Below are positions 37,990 to 48,664 of a stretch of 64,000 bases of DNA, one piece after another (position 1 is the stretch's first letter; each line of letters opens with the position of its first letter). The stretch comes from an uncultured Acidimicrobiales bacterium (lineage in GTDB: Bacteria; Actinomycetota; Acidimicrobiia; Acidimicrobiales; VFJN01). Location of the stretch: positions 1,178,345 to 1,242,344 of the forward strand of contig CAVTKS010000006.1 of the NCBI GenBank assembly GCA_963735375.1. The letters run 5' to 3'. Made by a program: the position numbers and the translations under genes. A model generated the notes under the pieces. That model ran no database searches, was not told the DNA's origin, and saw only the letters and a list, made by a program, of their open reading frames with translations.

Positions 37990-38742
37990 ATGGCACTGCG
38001 GATCGGGACATCCGGATGGCAGTACAAGGACTGGCACGGCGTGCTGTACCCGGACGGCCTGCCCCAGCGGGCCTGGCTCGGGCGGTACGCCGACGAGTTC
38101 GCCACGGTCGAGGTGAACAACGCCTTCTACCGCCTGCCGGAGCGTTCGGTCTTCGAGCGGTGGCGCGAGCAGACACCGGACGGCTTCGTCCTCGCCGTGA
38201 AGGTCAGCCGCTACCTCACCCACGTGAAGCGGCTGGTCGACCCGGCGGAACCGGTGGCCCGCCTGGTCGACCGGGCAGTGGGGCTGGGGCCTCGGCTGGG
38301 CCCGTACCTGCTGCAGCTCCCGCCGACCCTGTCGTCGTCGCCCGAGCGGCTGGACGCCTGCCTCGCCGCGTTCCCCGCTGCTGCCCGAGTCGCCGTCGAG
38401 CCGAGGCACGAGTCGTGGTGGAGCGACGAGGTCTGCGCCGTCCTCGCGCGCCACCGGGCCGCGCTGTGCTGGGCCGACCGGGGCGGGCGCCCTGTCACGC
38501 CGCGGTGGCGCACCGCCGACTGGGGATACCTGCGCCTGCACGAGGGCACGGCGGCGCCCCGCCCGTCCTACGGACCCTCGGCGCTCGGGACGTGGCTGGA
38601 TCGCATCGACGAGGCGTGGCCCGGCGCTCGTCGGGCGGACGTGTACGTCTACTTCAACAACGACCGCGGCGGCGCGGCCGTCCGCAACGCCAGCAGGATG
38701 GTGGGCATGGCCGACCGGCGGGGCTTCGACGTCGCGACCTAG
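37990..38742 (+). CDS. DUF72 (UPF0759) family protein
   Basis: MALRIGTSGWQYKDWHGVLYPDGLPQRAWLGRYADEFATVEVNNAFYRLP is the canonical DUF72 N-terminus. Confidence 0.9.
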   Translation: MALRIGTSGWQYKDWHGVLYPDGLPQRAWLGRYADEFATVEVNNAFYRLPERSVFERWREQTPDGFVLAVKVSRYLTHVKRLVDPAEPVARLVDRAVGLGPRLGPYLLQLPPTLSSSPERLDACLAAFPAAARVAVEPRHESWWSDEVCAVLARHRAALCWADRGGRPVTPRWRTADWGYLRLHEGTAAPRPSYGPSALGTWLDRIDEAWPGARRADVYVYFNNDRGGAAVRNASRMVGMADRRGFDVAT

Positions 38743-38845
38743 CCCGGGTCGCGGAACCCTCGACATCACCCTGAAGTCGAGGTCGAGGGTAGGTGCTGAC
38801 CTGGTCTTCCATCGGCTGTCAGCGGTGGGAGGTAGGGTCGCCGGC

Positions 38846-39397
38846 GTGACGCGGCTGTACACCGGCAAGGGCGACGACGGCACGACGGGCCTGCTGTTCG
38901 GCGGTCGGGTCGCCAAGGACTCGCCTCATCCGCGCGCCGTCGGCGCTGTCGACGAGGCGCAGGCGGTCATGGGCGTGGCCCGGTCGCTGAGCGATCGCGA
39001 CGGCGAGCTCGACCGCCAGCTCACCCAGGCGTGCCGCGACCTGTGGGTGCTCATGGGTGAGCTGGCGACGCTGCCCGAGAACCGCGGCAAGCTCGCCGAC
39101 GGCCAGACCCGCGTGTCGGCCGAGATGGTGCAGGCGATCGCGGCGATGGTCGACGATCTGGGCGAGCGCTTCGAGGCGCCGTCCGCCTTCGTGGTCCCCG
39201 GCCAGACGCCTCTCGCCGCGCAGCTCGACCTGGCCCGCACGGTCGTGCGCCGGGCCGAGCGCGAGGCGGTCGCCGCCACGGTCGAGGGCTCGCAGGTGTT
39301 GCCCTACCTCAACCGCCTCTCGTCGCTTCTGTGGGTGCAGGCCCGCTGGGTCGAGGGCGAGCACCTGCTCAGCCGCGACGTCGGCCCGGAGGGGTAG
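38846..39397 (+). CDS. PduO-type ATP:cob(I)alamin adenosyltransferase
   Basis: VTRLYTGKGDDGTTGLLFGGRVAKDSP...VDEAQAVMGVAR. GGGAGG lies 14 nt upstream of GTG 38846. The ORF-track start 38825 is an alternative. Confidence 0.85.
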   Translation: MTRLYTGKGDDGTTGLLFGGRVAKDSPHPRAVGAVDEAQAVMGVARSLSDRDGELDRQLTQACRDLWVLMGELATLPENRGKLADGQTRVSAEMVQAIAAMVDDLGERFEAPSAFVVPGQTPLAAQLDLARTVVRRAEREAVAATVEGSQVLPYLNRLSSLLWVQARWVEGEHLLSRDVGPEG

Positions 39398-39482
39398 CGG
39401 TCGCACCGTCTGTCCGTGCTCGTCTCACCTGTTTCCGAATTGCCCGGTGTCGGGTGAACGGATCTCGGCGGGATCGGGCGGT

Positions 39483-40376
39483 TCACGCGACCGGCAGCCG
39501 CCCGTTGGCCTGGAGGATGGTGAGCGACCGGATCGTCGCGTAGCCCCGCCAGTCGAGCGCGGCGGCGGGGGAGTAGGCCACGAAGTCGACGTCCCAGCCG
39601 CCGTCGGCGCGCTGCCCTGCGGCGAGCCGGTCGAGGTCCGCCGCCACGACATCCGGCGCCAGGCGGCGGCGCGCGGGCCGATCGGGGAAGGGGGCGAAGT
39701 CGAGCGGACGGATCGCCTCGTCCTCCACACCGCCCTCGACGGGCAGCACGCCCGAGGGTGGGATGACGGCAGTGAGCCGCTCGATCAGCGGCGCGGCAGC
39801 CGGTTCGTCGTCGGCTACGGCGTCGAGGAAGCCCAGGGCGTACAGCAACTCGAGGGTCGACTCGGGTGTGTCCCGTCCGGCGAGCGTGCCGAGGCAGTAG
39901 CCCGTGACGCGGGCGAGCCAGGGATGCTCGGCCACGGCCGGGTCGTGGCGGGCGACCCGGTGGGCGATGGCGGCGACGGCCGTCGTGATGTGCAACGACG
40001 ACGTGTCGGGGTCGGCCTGGGCCCAGAAGGGGGCGGTGGCGGTGGCATCGGCGATCGGCAGGGCGAACGGCAGGCCGCCGTCGGGGAGCGACGCCGCGTC
40101 GAGCCAGTCGCACAGCTCGGCGGCGCGAGGGCTCGTCGCGGGTGCGACGTCCTCGAACACCTCGAACGCGTGCATCCCTCCGACCGGTTGGCTCTCGGGC
40201 GCGCGGAGGTCGGGCTCGAGGGCGCCGTACCCGCCGTCCGGGTTGCGGTAGGCGTCGAGGGCGGCCAGCGCGCCGCCGGGCTCGGCGCCCTCGAAGCGGA
40301 CGCCGAACCGGCGCCGGTCGAGCAGACGGGCGTGGGATGTCATGAACGCGGCGGCGGCGTCGAGGTCGATGGACAT
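39483..40376 (-). CDS. Hypothetical protein, possibly alpha/alpha-toroid (prenyltransferase/terpene-cyclase-like repeats)
   Basis: 297 aa with repeated xPDGG(Y/L) motifs (YRNPDGGYG, SLPDGGLPF, QRADGGWD). Weak assignment. Confidence 0.45.
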   Translation of the reverse strand: MSIDLDAAAAFMTSHARLLDRRRFGVRFEGAEPGGALAALDAYRNPDGGYGALEPDLRAPESQPVGGMHAFEVFEDVAPATSPRAAELCDWLDAASLPDGGLPFALPIADATATAPFWAQADPDTSSLHITTAVAAIAHRVARHDPAVAEHPWLARVTGYCLGTLAGRDTPESTLELLYALGFLDAVADDEPAAAPLIERLTAVIPPSGVLPVEGGVEDEAIRPLDFAPFPDRPARRRLAPDVVAADLDRLAAGQRADGGWDVDFVAYSPAAALDWRGYATIRSLTILQANGRLPVA

Positions 40377-40474
40377 GACCTCATGGTGAACCCTGTGGCG
40401 ACGCGGGTCTTGGACGATTCGGACACCCTCACGGCCGGCCGGCGACAGGGCACGAACCGGTAGGGTCCGGCGCC

Positions 40475-41218
40475 ATGGACCTGCGACTTGCCGGCCGGAC
40501 CGCGGCGGTGGCCGGCGCCTCGTCGGGGCTGGGCTTCGCGTCGGCGCAGGCCCTGGCGGCCGAGGGCGTGCGGGTCGCCATCTGCGGGCGCGACCGCGAG
40601 CGCATCGACGCAGCGGCCGCCCGCATCGACGGCGCCGTGCCGCTGGTCGCCGACGTGTCCACCGTCGCCGGCGCCACCGGGTTCGTCGAGGCCGCAGTCG
40701 AGGCCCTGGGGCGGGTCGACATCCTCGTGCCCAACGCGGGCGGGCCTCCGCCGGGCACGTTCGCGTCGACGCCGCTCGACGCCTACGCCCCGGCGCTCGA
40801 GCTGAACCTGCTGTCGACCGTCGCCATGTGCGAGGCGGCGGTGCCCGCCATGTGCGACCGGGGGTGGGGCCGGGTGGTGGCCATCACCTCGGTGTCGGTG
40901 CGCCAGCCGATTCCCACGCTGATCCTGTCCAACACCGCCCGAGCCGGCGTCACCGCCTTCCTGAAGACCCTGGCGCTCGAGGTCGCCGGCCGCGGGGTGA
41001 CGGTCAACTCGCTACAGCCCGGCCTGCACGCCACCGATCGGCTGCGGTCGCTCCACGGCGGCGACACCGCGGCCGCGGCCGAGCGTGTGCCCGCCGGCAT
41101 CGTGGGCGACGCCGACGACTTCGGCGCGGTCGTCGCCTTCCTGTGCTCGGAGCACGCCCGCTTCGTCGTCGGCGCCGCGCTGCCCGTCGACGGAGGCGCC
41201 TACCGCGGCCTGCAATAG
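40475..41218 (+). CDS. SDR-family oxidoreductase
   Basis: TGxxxGxG variant AVAGASSGLGFASA, NAG motif (LVPNAGGPP), 247 aa. Confidence 0.9.
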   Translation: MDLRLAGRTAAVAGASSGLGFASAQALAAEGVRVAICGRDRERIDAAAARIDGAVPLVADVSTVAGATGFVEAAVEALGRVDILVPNAGGPPPGTFASTPLDAYAPALELNLLSTVAMCEAAVPAMCDRGWGRVVAITSVSVRQPIPTLILSNTARAGVTAFLKTLALEVAGRGVTVNSLQPGLHATDRLRSLHGGDTAAAAERVPAGIVGDADDFGAVVAFLCSEHARFVVGAALPVDGGAYRGLQ

Positions 41219-41273
41219 TCGGGCCGACCGGCGGATCGGCCGCCGGAGCACAGCCGACGGAGGCACCAGACCG

Positions 41274-41582
41274 ATGACGTTCCGCCACGTGGTGATGTTC
41301 CGCTTCCACGACGACGCCACCGACGATCAGCGGGCGGCGCTCGCCACCGGGTTGGACGGCATGCCCACGGCGACCGGGGCGATCGGCGAGCACGACTACG
41401 TGCATGGCCCCGACCTCGGCCTCAACCCGGCGAGCTGGGATTACGTGATCGTCGCCGACTTCGCCTCGGCCGACGACTTCGTCGCCTACCGCGACCATCC
41501 CGACCACCAGGCCCTCATCCGCGACCTGGTCACGCCCATCACGGCCGAACGGGCCTCCGTCCAGTACGAGGTGCCGGGCTGA
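41274..41582 (+). CDS. Dabb (stress-responsive alpha/beta barrel) domain protein
   Basis: MTFRHVVMFRFHDDATDDQRAAL...DYVIVADFASADDFVAYRDHPDHQAL. ORF 41085 trimmed to ATG 41274. Confidence 0.8.
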   Translation: MTFRHVVMFRFHDDATDDQRAALATGLDGMPTATGAIGEHDYVHGPDLGLNPASWDYVIVADFASADDFVAYRDHPDHQALIRDLVTPITAERASVQYEVPG

Positions 41583-41630
41583 GCCCCAGGGTGGAAGCAC
41601 GCCCTCGCCGCCACCCGTAGTGTTCACGGC

Positions 41631-43145
41631 ATGTCCATCGCCATCGAGCTCACACGCGCTCTCGCAGCCGACACCACGGGCGACTCGGAGGGAGGCATCT
41701 CCGTCGACGCGGTCGGCGTCGGCGTGTTCGCCGACCGGCTGGAGGCGGGGGAGTTGCCCGACGGCCTCGACCGCGGGTTCCTCGAGGCGCAGGGGTTCAA
41801 GGCCACGCCGGGCGAGTCGTGCGTGGTGCCGGGCGGGAACGGCCAGGTGATCGTGGCCCTCGGGCTCGGCGCGGCCGAGGATGTCAGCGTCCCGACCTAC
41901 CGCAAGGCGGCCGCAGCCCTGGCGCGGGCGGCCCACCGGCAGACCCACCTGGCGATCGACGTGCTCGACTCGGTGCCCGAGGCCCTCGACCGGCCGGCGG
42001 TCGCCCAGGCGCTCGCCGAGGGTGTGCTGCTCGGCGCCTACCGCTACACGGCGCTCAAGTCCGACCCCGACCCCAGCCACATCGAGTCGCTCACCGTGGT
42101 CGGCAAGGGCGGCAAGCGGGTGCTGGCCTCGCTCGACCGGGGACGGACCGTGGGCGAGGCCGTGCGGGTGGCACGCGACCTGGTGAACCAACCGGGCGGC
42201 ACGCTCACGCCCACGGCGTTCGCCGACCGGGCCCAGGAGCTGGCCGAGCTGAAGGGGTTCGACATCGAGGTGCTCGATCGCGCCGCGATCGAGGACGAGA
42301 AGCTCGGCGGACTGCTGGGCGTCAACCGCGGCTCGACCGAGGAGCCCCGCTTCGTGAAGCTGGCGTGGGAGCCCGGGGGCAAGCCCCGCGGCACCGTGGC
42401 CCTGGTGGGCAAGGGCATCACGTTCGACTCGGGCGGCCTGTCGCTCAAGCCGAGCGACTCGATGATCGGCATGAAGGGCGACATGGCGGGCGCCGCCGCG
42501 GTGCTGGCCACGTTCTCGGCGCTCGACGCCGTGCAGCCGCCGGTGCGGGTGGTCGGCTACCTGCCGCTCACCGACAACATGCCCAGCGGCGACGCCACCC
42601 GCGTCGGCGACGTGCTGCGCATCCGCAACGGCACGACCGTCGAGGTGCTCAACACCGACGCCGAGGGCCGGCTGGTGCTCGCCGACGCCCTGGCGCTCGC
42701 GACGGAGGACGAGCCCGACGCCATCGTCGACCTGGCGACGCTCACCGGCGCCTGCATGGTGGCGCTGGGGATGAAGATCGCGGGCCTCATGGGCAACCAC
42801 GACGGCTTCCTCGACCAGGTGCGGGCCGCCGCCGACGCCGAGGGCGAGCCCGTGTGGCCGCTGCCGCTGCCCAAGGCGATGCGCAAGCAGCTCGACTCCG
42901 AGGTGGCCGACATCAAGAACATCAGCGGGGACCGGTGGGGCGGCGCCTCGGTGGCCGGCGTGTTCCTGCAGGACTTCGTCGGCGACGGCATCCCGTGGGC
43001 GCACCTCGACATCGCCGGCCCCGCCGACGCAGCCGAGGACGACGGCGAGACCCGCAAGGGCGGCACCGGCTTCGGCGTCCGCACCCTGCTGCACCTGCTG
43101 TCGGCTTACCGCACGCCGGCCAGGTCGGCGACTGCGGCTACCTGA
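41631..43145 (+). CDS. pepA: Leucyl aminopeptidase (M17)
   Basis: VGKGITFDSGGLSLKP and NTDAEGRLVLADALALA are M17 signature motifs. 504 aa. Confidence 0.9.
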   Translation: MSIAIELTRALAADTTGDSEGGISVDAVGVGVFADRLEAGELPDGLDRGFLEAQGFKATPGESCVVPGGNGQVIVALGLGAAEDVSVPTYRKAAAALARAAHRQTHLAIDVLDSVPEALDRPAVAQALAEGVLLGAYRYTALKSDPDPSHIESLTVVGKGGKRVLASLDRGRTVGEAVRVARDLVNQPGGTLTPTAFADRAQELAELKGFDIEVLDRAAIEDEKLGGLLGVNRGSTEEPRFVKLAWEPGGKPRGTVALVGKGITFDSGGLSLKPSDSMIGMKGDMAGAAAVLATFSALDAVQPPVRVVGYLPLTDNMPSGDATRVGDVLRIRNGTTVEVLNTDAEGRLVLADALALATEDEPDAIVDLATLTGACMVALGMKIAGLMGNHDGFLDQVRAAADAEGEPVWPLPLPKAMRKQLDSEVADIKNISGDRWGGASVAGVFLQDFVGDGIPWAHLDIAGPADAAEDDGETRKGGTGFGVRTLLHLLSAYRTPARSATAAT

Positions 43146-43158
43146 CCCGACCTCGTCG

Positions 43159-44823
43159 TCAGTAGCCGGCGTCGCGGCGGCGGAGGCCGACGAAGCCCAC
43201 GGCGAGCAGCGCGGCGGCGACCGCCACCAGCGCCAGCGTCGACCCGAGCGAGAAGCCCTCGACCGGCATCTGCGGCACGTGCTGGAAGGGCGACACATCC
43301 ATCATCCAGCCGGGCAGTCCGAACAGCTGGCCGAAGAGCCCGATCACCAGGAACAGCCCGAGCGCGCCCCACGCGGCCGCGACCATGCGCGGCACCAGGC
43401 CGAACACCGCGAATGTCAGGCCGGCGACCACCCACAGCGGGGGGACGAAGGCCGCTGAAGCCCCCACCAGCCGACCGATCTGGCCGGCATCGTCGGCGGC
43501 CAACGCATAGGTGACGCCCATCCCCAGCCCGGCGAGCACCATGATCAGTGCCGATCCGGCGAACGCGACCGTGAGGTGCGACGCCCCCCAGCGGCCGCGC
43601 GAGACGGCGGTGGCCAACAGCACCTCGGCCCGTCCGCCGGTCTCCTCGCTGCGCAGGCGCAGCACCGACGACACGGCGAACCCGCCCGTGATCAGGGCCA
43701 TGATCAGCAACGACGAGTTGAAGAACGAGTCGGTCAGGCTGCCGGCGGCCTGGGCGATGATGTCCTCGATCGCCTGGTTGTCGCCGACGAGATCGCCGAT
43801 GTCCTGGCCCACCGAGCCGTACGAGACCCCGGTGAGCAGCAGTGCGGCGGCCCAGGCGACAACGGTGCCGCGCTGCAGCCTGGTCGCCAGGCCCAGGGGC
43901 CGGCACAGCGCCGCCGACGCCGTGGCCGGGCCGGGCCGCTGCGGCACCAGCCCGCCGCCGAGGTCGCGGATCCCCAGCAGGCCGTACGCCACGCCGACGA
44001 GCGCGAGCGTCGCCGCGGCGAGCAGCAACAGCGTCCACGGGCGTTCGCCGGCGAACGGCCTGGACGCCATCGCCCAGCCCATCGGCGACAGCCACGACAG
44101 CGTGCCGTCACCGATGTCGCCGATGGCGCGCAGCACGTAGGCCCCGCCGAGCACCGCGCCCGCGGTGCCGAGGGCGGTGCGGTTGTGCTCGGTGATCTGG
44201 GCGGTCACGGCCGTCACGCCGGCGAACAGCAGGCCGAACCCGCCCATCGCCGCGCCGTAGACGACCGAGCCCTCGGTGGCGAGGTCCTGGCTCATCAGCG
44301 ACAGCGCGATGAGCGCACCCAGTACCGCGAACACGGCGGTGGCGACGACGAGCACGGCGGTGACCGGGGCGTTGCGGCCGAGCACGGTGGCCCGTAGCAG
44401 CTCGGTGCGGCCGTTCTCCTCGTCGGCCCGGGTGTGGCGGCCGACGAGGAACATGCCCATCAGAGCGACCGTGGCGTAGCCGAACGCGCCCAGGTTGAAC
44501 ACGACCTGACCGCCGATCGTGTCGAGGCCGTAGTCGGGGCCCTGGAGCGCGAGGAGCGCGGCGTTGTCGGCTGCGGTCTGGGCCGCCGTGTCGAGGTCGG
44601 CCTGGGTGGGATAGAGGTCCTTGACGCTCACGGCCGTCGTCAGCACGAGGAACGCGATGCCGAGGATCCACACCGGCAGGCGCACGCGGTCGCGTCGGAG
44701 GATGAAGCGCACCATCGTCCACGTGCCGGTGAGCGCGCCGCCCTGCCCGGCGTCGCCGCGCCTGGAGGTCCGGGTGGGCGCCGGGAGGGGCGCCGACGGA
44801 CCGGCCGCCTCCGCGCTGGTCAT
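43159..44823 (-). CDS. ABC-2-type exporter permease (12-TM, antibiotic-exporter-like)
   Basis: ORF 43159..45486 trimmed to ATG 44823, which overlaps the ATPase stop (ATGA). Begins [24 protein letters not shown] and has duplicated 6-TM halves. Confidence 0.75.
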   Translation of the reverse strand: MTSAEAAGPSAPLPAPTRTSRRGDAGQGGALTGTWTMVRFILRRDRVRLPVWILGIAFLVLTTAVSVKDLYPTQADLDTAAQTAADNAALLALQGPDYGLDTIGGQVVFNLGAFGYATVALMGMFLVGRHTRADEENGRTELLRATVLGRNAPVTAVLVVATAVFAVLGALIALSLMSQDLATEGSVVYGAAMGGFGLLFAGVTAVTAQITEHNRTALGTAGAVLGGAYVLRAIGDIGDGTLSWLSPMGWAMASRPFAGERPWTLLLLAAATLALVGVAYGLLGIRDLGGGLVPQRPGPATASAALCRPLGLATRLQRGTVVAWAAALLLTGVSYGSVGQDIGDLVGDNQAIEDIIAQAAGSLTDSFFNSSLLIMALITGGFAVSSVLRLRSEETGGRAEVLLATAVSRGRWGASHLTVAFAGSALIMVLAGLGMGVTYALAADDAGQIGRLVGASAAFVPPLWVVAGLTFAVFGLVPRMVAAAWGALGLFLVIGLFGQLFGLPGWMMDVSPFQHVPQMPVEGFSLGSTLALVAVAAALLAVGFVGLRRRDAGY

Positions 44824-45749
44824 CTTGCCGGGCTGTCGTCGAGGTCGGTGCTTTCGAGCAGGGCCAGCTCGTCGCCGTAGTGGCGGAGGAACAGCTCCTC
44901 GAGCGTGGGTGGCTGGCTCGTCAGCGTGCGCACGCCGAAGGCGCTCAGGTGTTTGAGCGCGCCGTCGAGCTGGGCGGTGTCGACGTCGAACTTCGCACGT
45001 TGCCCGTCGACCACCGGATTGTGGATCCCGGGCAGGTCGTCCAGGCCGGTGACCGGCCGGTCGGTCTCCACCGAGATCGCGGTGCGGGTGAGGTGGCGCA
45101 GCTCGGACAGCGTGCCCCGCTCGACGGTGCGGCCGGCACGGATGATGGTCACCCTGTCGCACAGGGCTTCGACCTGGGCGAGGATGTGGCTCGACAGCAG
45201 CACCGTGCGCCCGTCGTCGGTGATCTCGCGGATGGTGTCCTGGAAGATCGCCTCCATGAGCGGGTCGAGACCGGAGGTGGGCTCGTCGAGGATGAGCAGC
45301 TCGGCGTCCGACGCCAGCGCTGCGACCAGGGCCACCTTCTGCCGGTTGCCCTTGGAGTAGGTCCGACCCTTCTTGGTGGGGTCGAGCTCGAAGCGCTCGA
45401 GGAGCTTGTCGCGCCGCGCGCGGTCGAGGCCGCCACGCAGCTCGCCCAGCAGGTCGATGACCTCGCCGCCCGACAGATTGGGCCACAGCGTGACGTCGCC
45501 GGGCACGTAGGCGAGCCGGCGGTGCAGGGAGACGGCGTCGTGCCAGGGATCGCCACCGAGCAGCGTGGTCTCGCCCGAGTCGCCGCGGAGCAGGCCCAAC
45601 AGCACCCGGATCGTCGTGGACTTGCCGGCGCCGTTCGGCCCCAGGAACCCGTGGACCTCGCCCGTGACGACCTCGAGGTCGAGCTCGTCGAGGGCTCGGA
45701 CGTGTCCGAACGTCTTGACCAGTCCGGAGACGGAGATGGCGGTGGTCAT
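44820..45749 (-). CDS. ABC transporter ATP-binding protein (DrrA/CcmA class)
   Basis: Walker [10 protein letters not shown], signature [15 protein letters not shown], Walker [13 protein letters not shown]. Start ATG 45749. Confidence 0.9.
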   Translation of the reverse strand: MTTAISVSGLVKTFGHVRALDELDLEVVTGEVHGFLGPNGAGKSTTIRVLLGLLRGDSGETTLLGGDPWHDAVSLHRRLAYVPGDVTLWPNLSGGEVIDLLGELRGGLDRARRDKLLERFELDPTKKGRTYSKGNRQKVALVAALASDAELLILDEPTSGLDPLMEAIFQDTIREITDDGRTVLLSSHILAQVEALCDRVTIIRAGRTVERGTLSELRHLTRTAISVETDRPVTGLDDLPGIHNPVVDGQRAKFDVDTAQLDGALKHLSAFGVRTLTSQPPTLEELFLRHYGDELALLESTDLDDSPAR

Positions 45750-45869
45750 GCCGGCGACACTACGGCGGGCTCGCCGCACGCGAGCTGGCGGCCCGGCTGC
45801 AGGTCAGCCCCGGCCCCGATCTCCGGCGCTGGCGGGCCGAACCGCACGAGGCCTGACGGCCACAGGGGG

Positions 45870-47930
45870 TCACGCCAGGCCGTCGGCCTCGGCGATGAAG
45901 TCGTCGAGCACCCCGTCGCCCACGCGCACCGGCCCCTGCGGTCTCGTCTCGCCGGGGATGGTCTCGATGGCCGATGCCCGGGCCACCAGATCGTCCGCCG
46001 TCGTCTGGGACGCGGTCGCCCCCGCCGTGTCGCCGGCCGCTGCGGCGGCGAGGCCGTCGAGTGTGGCGACGAGGGCTTGGCCCCAGAGCGCGGTGGCGTC
46101 GAGCCACGGGGCGCAGTCGGCTACGAAGCCCGCGTCCGTGACGTTGGTGCGGATGAGGGCGGGCGCGGCGGCGAGGCGCTCTGCGTACGGGCGGAGCGCG
46201 TCGACCGCGCCCTGGCGGTCGCCGCCCGACCACGCCGACCGGAACGAGTCGAGCTGGGTGGCCAGGGCGGGGGCCTGGGGCTGCGACACGATGCCCGAGC
46301 TGGCCGACGTGGGCGCCAGGTTCTCCAGGTCGAAGAAGGCGAGGAGCGCGTCGACCGTCTGCTCGTCGCCTCCCGCCAGGTGGGCGGCCGCCGCGCGGTG
46401 GGCGCGGGCGGGGTCGTAGGCGGCGTCGTTCCAGGTGAAGTCGGCGCCCCCGACGAGCTGCACCTTGCTCGCCGCCGCCTGGTTCATCGGGTTGAGCACG
46501 ATGCCGGTGGTCTGTTCCGACAGGCCGGGCTCGCGGCGGGCGTAGGGGGCCAGGATGAGCCGCCCCTCCGTCGGCGGGAAGTCGTTGACCGGGGTGTTGT
46601 CCCACACGAACAGCGGCCGCCCGAACGTCCCGGCCGCCGCCAGGGCCTGGGCGACGGTGATCTCGTCGGGCACGACGTACACGCCGGTCCACATCACCTC
46701 GACCTGCGGATCGAGCTGGTCGCGGAGCACGGTGCGGTACGGCCCATCGCTCGTCCCCTGGTACTCGGTGGGCACCATCTGCAGGGGCTCGGCGCCCTCG
46801 TGTGTGGCGATGAACCCGGTCTGCACGGCGTTGAGCAGCTGGGCCTGCGCGCGGGCCGCCGCCTCCGTCGACGGCGCGCCATAGGCCGCGGCATCGCCGT
46901 CGCAGTTCCAGCGCGTGTGGTCGATGTCGTCCAGGGCGATCGAGAACGAGCGCACACCGAGGGCGTGGACCGCCTCGAGCTTGGCCGTCAGGGCGGTGAG
47001 ATCGGCGGGGTCGCTGTAACAGATCGACACGCCGGGGGAGACGGCGAAGGTGAACCGCACGTGGTTGGCCGTCGCCGCGTCGACCAGGGTGCTCAGGGCC
47101 TCGACGCGGTCGGCGGGGTAGGGGTCGCGCCACTGGTCCCGGTGGTAGGGGTCGTCCTTGGGCGCGTAGATGTAGGTGTTGAGCTTGAAGAGGCCGTAGA
47201 AGGCGAGCTGATCGAGCCGCTCCTCGGTGGTCCACGGGCTGCCGTAGAACCCCTCGATCGTGCCGCGGTGCCGCATCGCCGGATGGTCGACGATGGCGAC
47301 GCCCGCGACGTTCCCGTCGGCCGTGAGCTGGCGCAAGGTCTGGGCGGCGTAGAACGTGCCGGCGGGGTCGGCGCCCGCCAGGACGACGTCGCCCGTGCCG
47401 TCGGACCGTCCGTAGGCGGCGAGCGCGTACCCCTCGGCCGGCAGCTCGGCGGGGACCGTGACACCGACCTCGCCGAGCTGGGCCACGACCTCGGGGTCGC
47501 CGGCCGAGCCGAGCCGGACGGTGAGCCCATCGGTCCGGTCGGTGTCGTGGTCGTCGGTGGAGACGGCGACTACCTCGGCGGCACCGGCGCCCTCGACCAC
47601 CTCGCTGACGACCGCGACGGCCGCAGGGTCGGTGTCCTCGTCGGTGACGATCGTGACCGACGGCGGCACCGGGACGTCGGGGCCCAGCCACCGGGCCTCG
47701 CGCGGGGTCGGGGTGACGACGGGCAGGGGCTCGGTGCGCTCGGACAGCTCGACGCTCGCGGACGTCGTCGTGGTGGAGCCGGCGTCGGACGGGTCGTCGC
47801 CCTGCGGCTCGGCGTCGTCGCCCCCCGAGCACGCCCCGGCGATCAGGACCGCGGCCACGATGGCGGCGGCGACCACCCGCCCGCTCGGGCGGCGACGGGC
47901 CGGGTGGGGTCGGGGGTAGGGCGAGGTCAT
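45870..47930 (-). CDS. GH84 beta-N-acetylglucosaminidase (O-GlcNAcase/NagJ-like) lipoprotein
   Basis: HRGTIEGFYGSPWTTEERLDQLAFYGLFKLNTYIYAPKDDPYHR and the catalytic pair in SIALDDIDH. Lipobox LIAGACSGG. ORF trimmed to ATG 47930. Confidence 0.85.
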   Translation of the reverse strand: MTSPYPRPHPARRRPSGRVVAAAIVAAVLIAGACSGGDDAEPQGDDPSDAGSTTTTSASVELSERTEPLPVVTPTPREARWLGPDVPVPPSVTIVTDEDTDPAAVAVVSEVVEGAGAAEVVAVSTDDHDTDRTDGLTVRLGSAGDPEVVAQLGEVGVTVPAELPAEGYALAAYGRSDGTGDVVLAGADPAGTFYAAQTLRQLTADGNVAGVAIVDHPAMRHRGTIEGFYGSPWTTEERLDQLAFYGLFKLNTYIYAPKDDPYHRDQWRDPYPADRVEALSTLVDAATANHVRFTFAVSPGVSICYSDPADLTALTAKLEAVHALGVRSFSIALDDIDHTRWNCDGDAAAYGAPSTEAAARAQAQLLNAVQTGFIATHEGAEPLQMVPTEYQGTSDGPYRTVLRDQLDPQVEVMWTGVYVVPDEITVAQALAAAGTFGRPLFVWDNTPVNDFPPTEGRLILAPYARREPGLSEQTTGIVLNPMNQAAASKVQLVGGADFTWNDAAYDPARAHRAAAAHLAGGDEQTVDALLAFFDLENLAPTSASSGIVSQPQAPALATQLDSFRSAWSGGDRQGAVDALRPYAERLAAAPALIRTNVTDAGFVADCAPWLDATALWGQALVATLDGLAAAAAGDTAGATASQTTADDLVARASAIETIPGETRPQGPVRVGDGVLDDFIAEADGLA

Positions 47931-48017
47931 GGGTTCCGGGTGGGGCAGGCCGAGGACATGGGTTCCGGGTTCGGAACCTATGGCCTCGGGCCCCGTCGGG
48001 TGGAACCCATGACCTCG
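47922..48017. repeat. Four copies of a 17-nt motif arranged as nested inverted repeats over the GH84 start codon
   Basis: Copies are CGAGGTCATGGGTTCCG (47922-38), CGAGGACATGGGTTCCG (47951-67), inverted CGGAACCTATGGCCTCG (47972-88) and inverted TGGAACCCATGACCTCG (48001-17). The inner pair matches at 15/17 positions and the outer pair at 16/17. Confidence 0.7.
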
Positions 48018-48049
48018 ACGATCTCGGGGCGGCAGGTCGGCCCGACGGG

Positions 48050-48664
48050 CTAGGCGGCGGTGTCGTCGGGTTGGGCGGCGTGGCGGTCGAGGGCCCACGC
48101 GGTGGCGTCACTGGCGAGCGCGGGATGGAACCGCCAGCGGTGGAGCTGGCGTTCGGTGCCCGCTGCGTCCTCGCCCAGCTCGACCAGGGAGAGGGCCAGC
48201 TGCCGGGCGCGGTCGCGCATGTCGTCGGCGATCGCGGCCGGTGGTTTGTCGACCCAGCGGGCGTGGTCGTCGCGCAGGGTGTCGGGCAGGCGGGCGATCT
48301 GCCGGCGGGTGAGCGGGGGTAGCTTGCGGCGCACCTGCAGGGTGGTGGGCCCGAAGAAGCGCGTGGCCCCGAACTGGCAGCACCGCGCGAGCGTGCGGGG
48401 GAAGACGCCACTGGCGCCCGGCCGCCGCCCGAGCCCGAGCGCGGTGGCGCACTCGTCGAGGTCGAGCTCGTAGCCGTCGGGCGAGGTGTCGAGGCGATCG
48501 ACCAGGTAGCGGAGCAACCAGGTCGCGCTGGGGCCCAGGATGCCGAGCCAGAAGCGCTCGACGTAGACGGCGCGGGGGTCGTAGCCGACCTGGTCGATGA
48601 CGGGGTCGCCCCAGGGGGCGACGAGGAGGGTGGGGGTGTCGGGCGGGATGTCGCGCGCGTGCAT
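48050..48664 (-). CDS. Conserved-looking hypothetical protein (possible winged-helix)
   Basis: RFWLGILGPSATWLLRYLVDRLDTSPDGYELDLDECATALGLG...LQVRRKLPPLTRRQIARLP. Start is ATG 48664 or ATG 48733. No family recognised. Confidence 0.55.
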   Translation of the reverse strand: MHARDIPPDTPTLLVAPWGDPVIDQVGYDPRAVYVERFWLGILGPSATWLLRYLVDRLDTSPDGYELDLDECATALGLGRRPGASGVFPRTLARCCQFGATRFFGPTTLQVRRKLPPLTRRQIARLPDTLRDDHARWVDKPPAAIADDMRDRARQLALSLVELGEDAAGTERQLHRWRFHPALASDATAWALDRHAAQPDDTAA

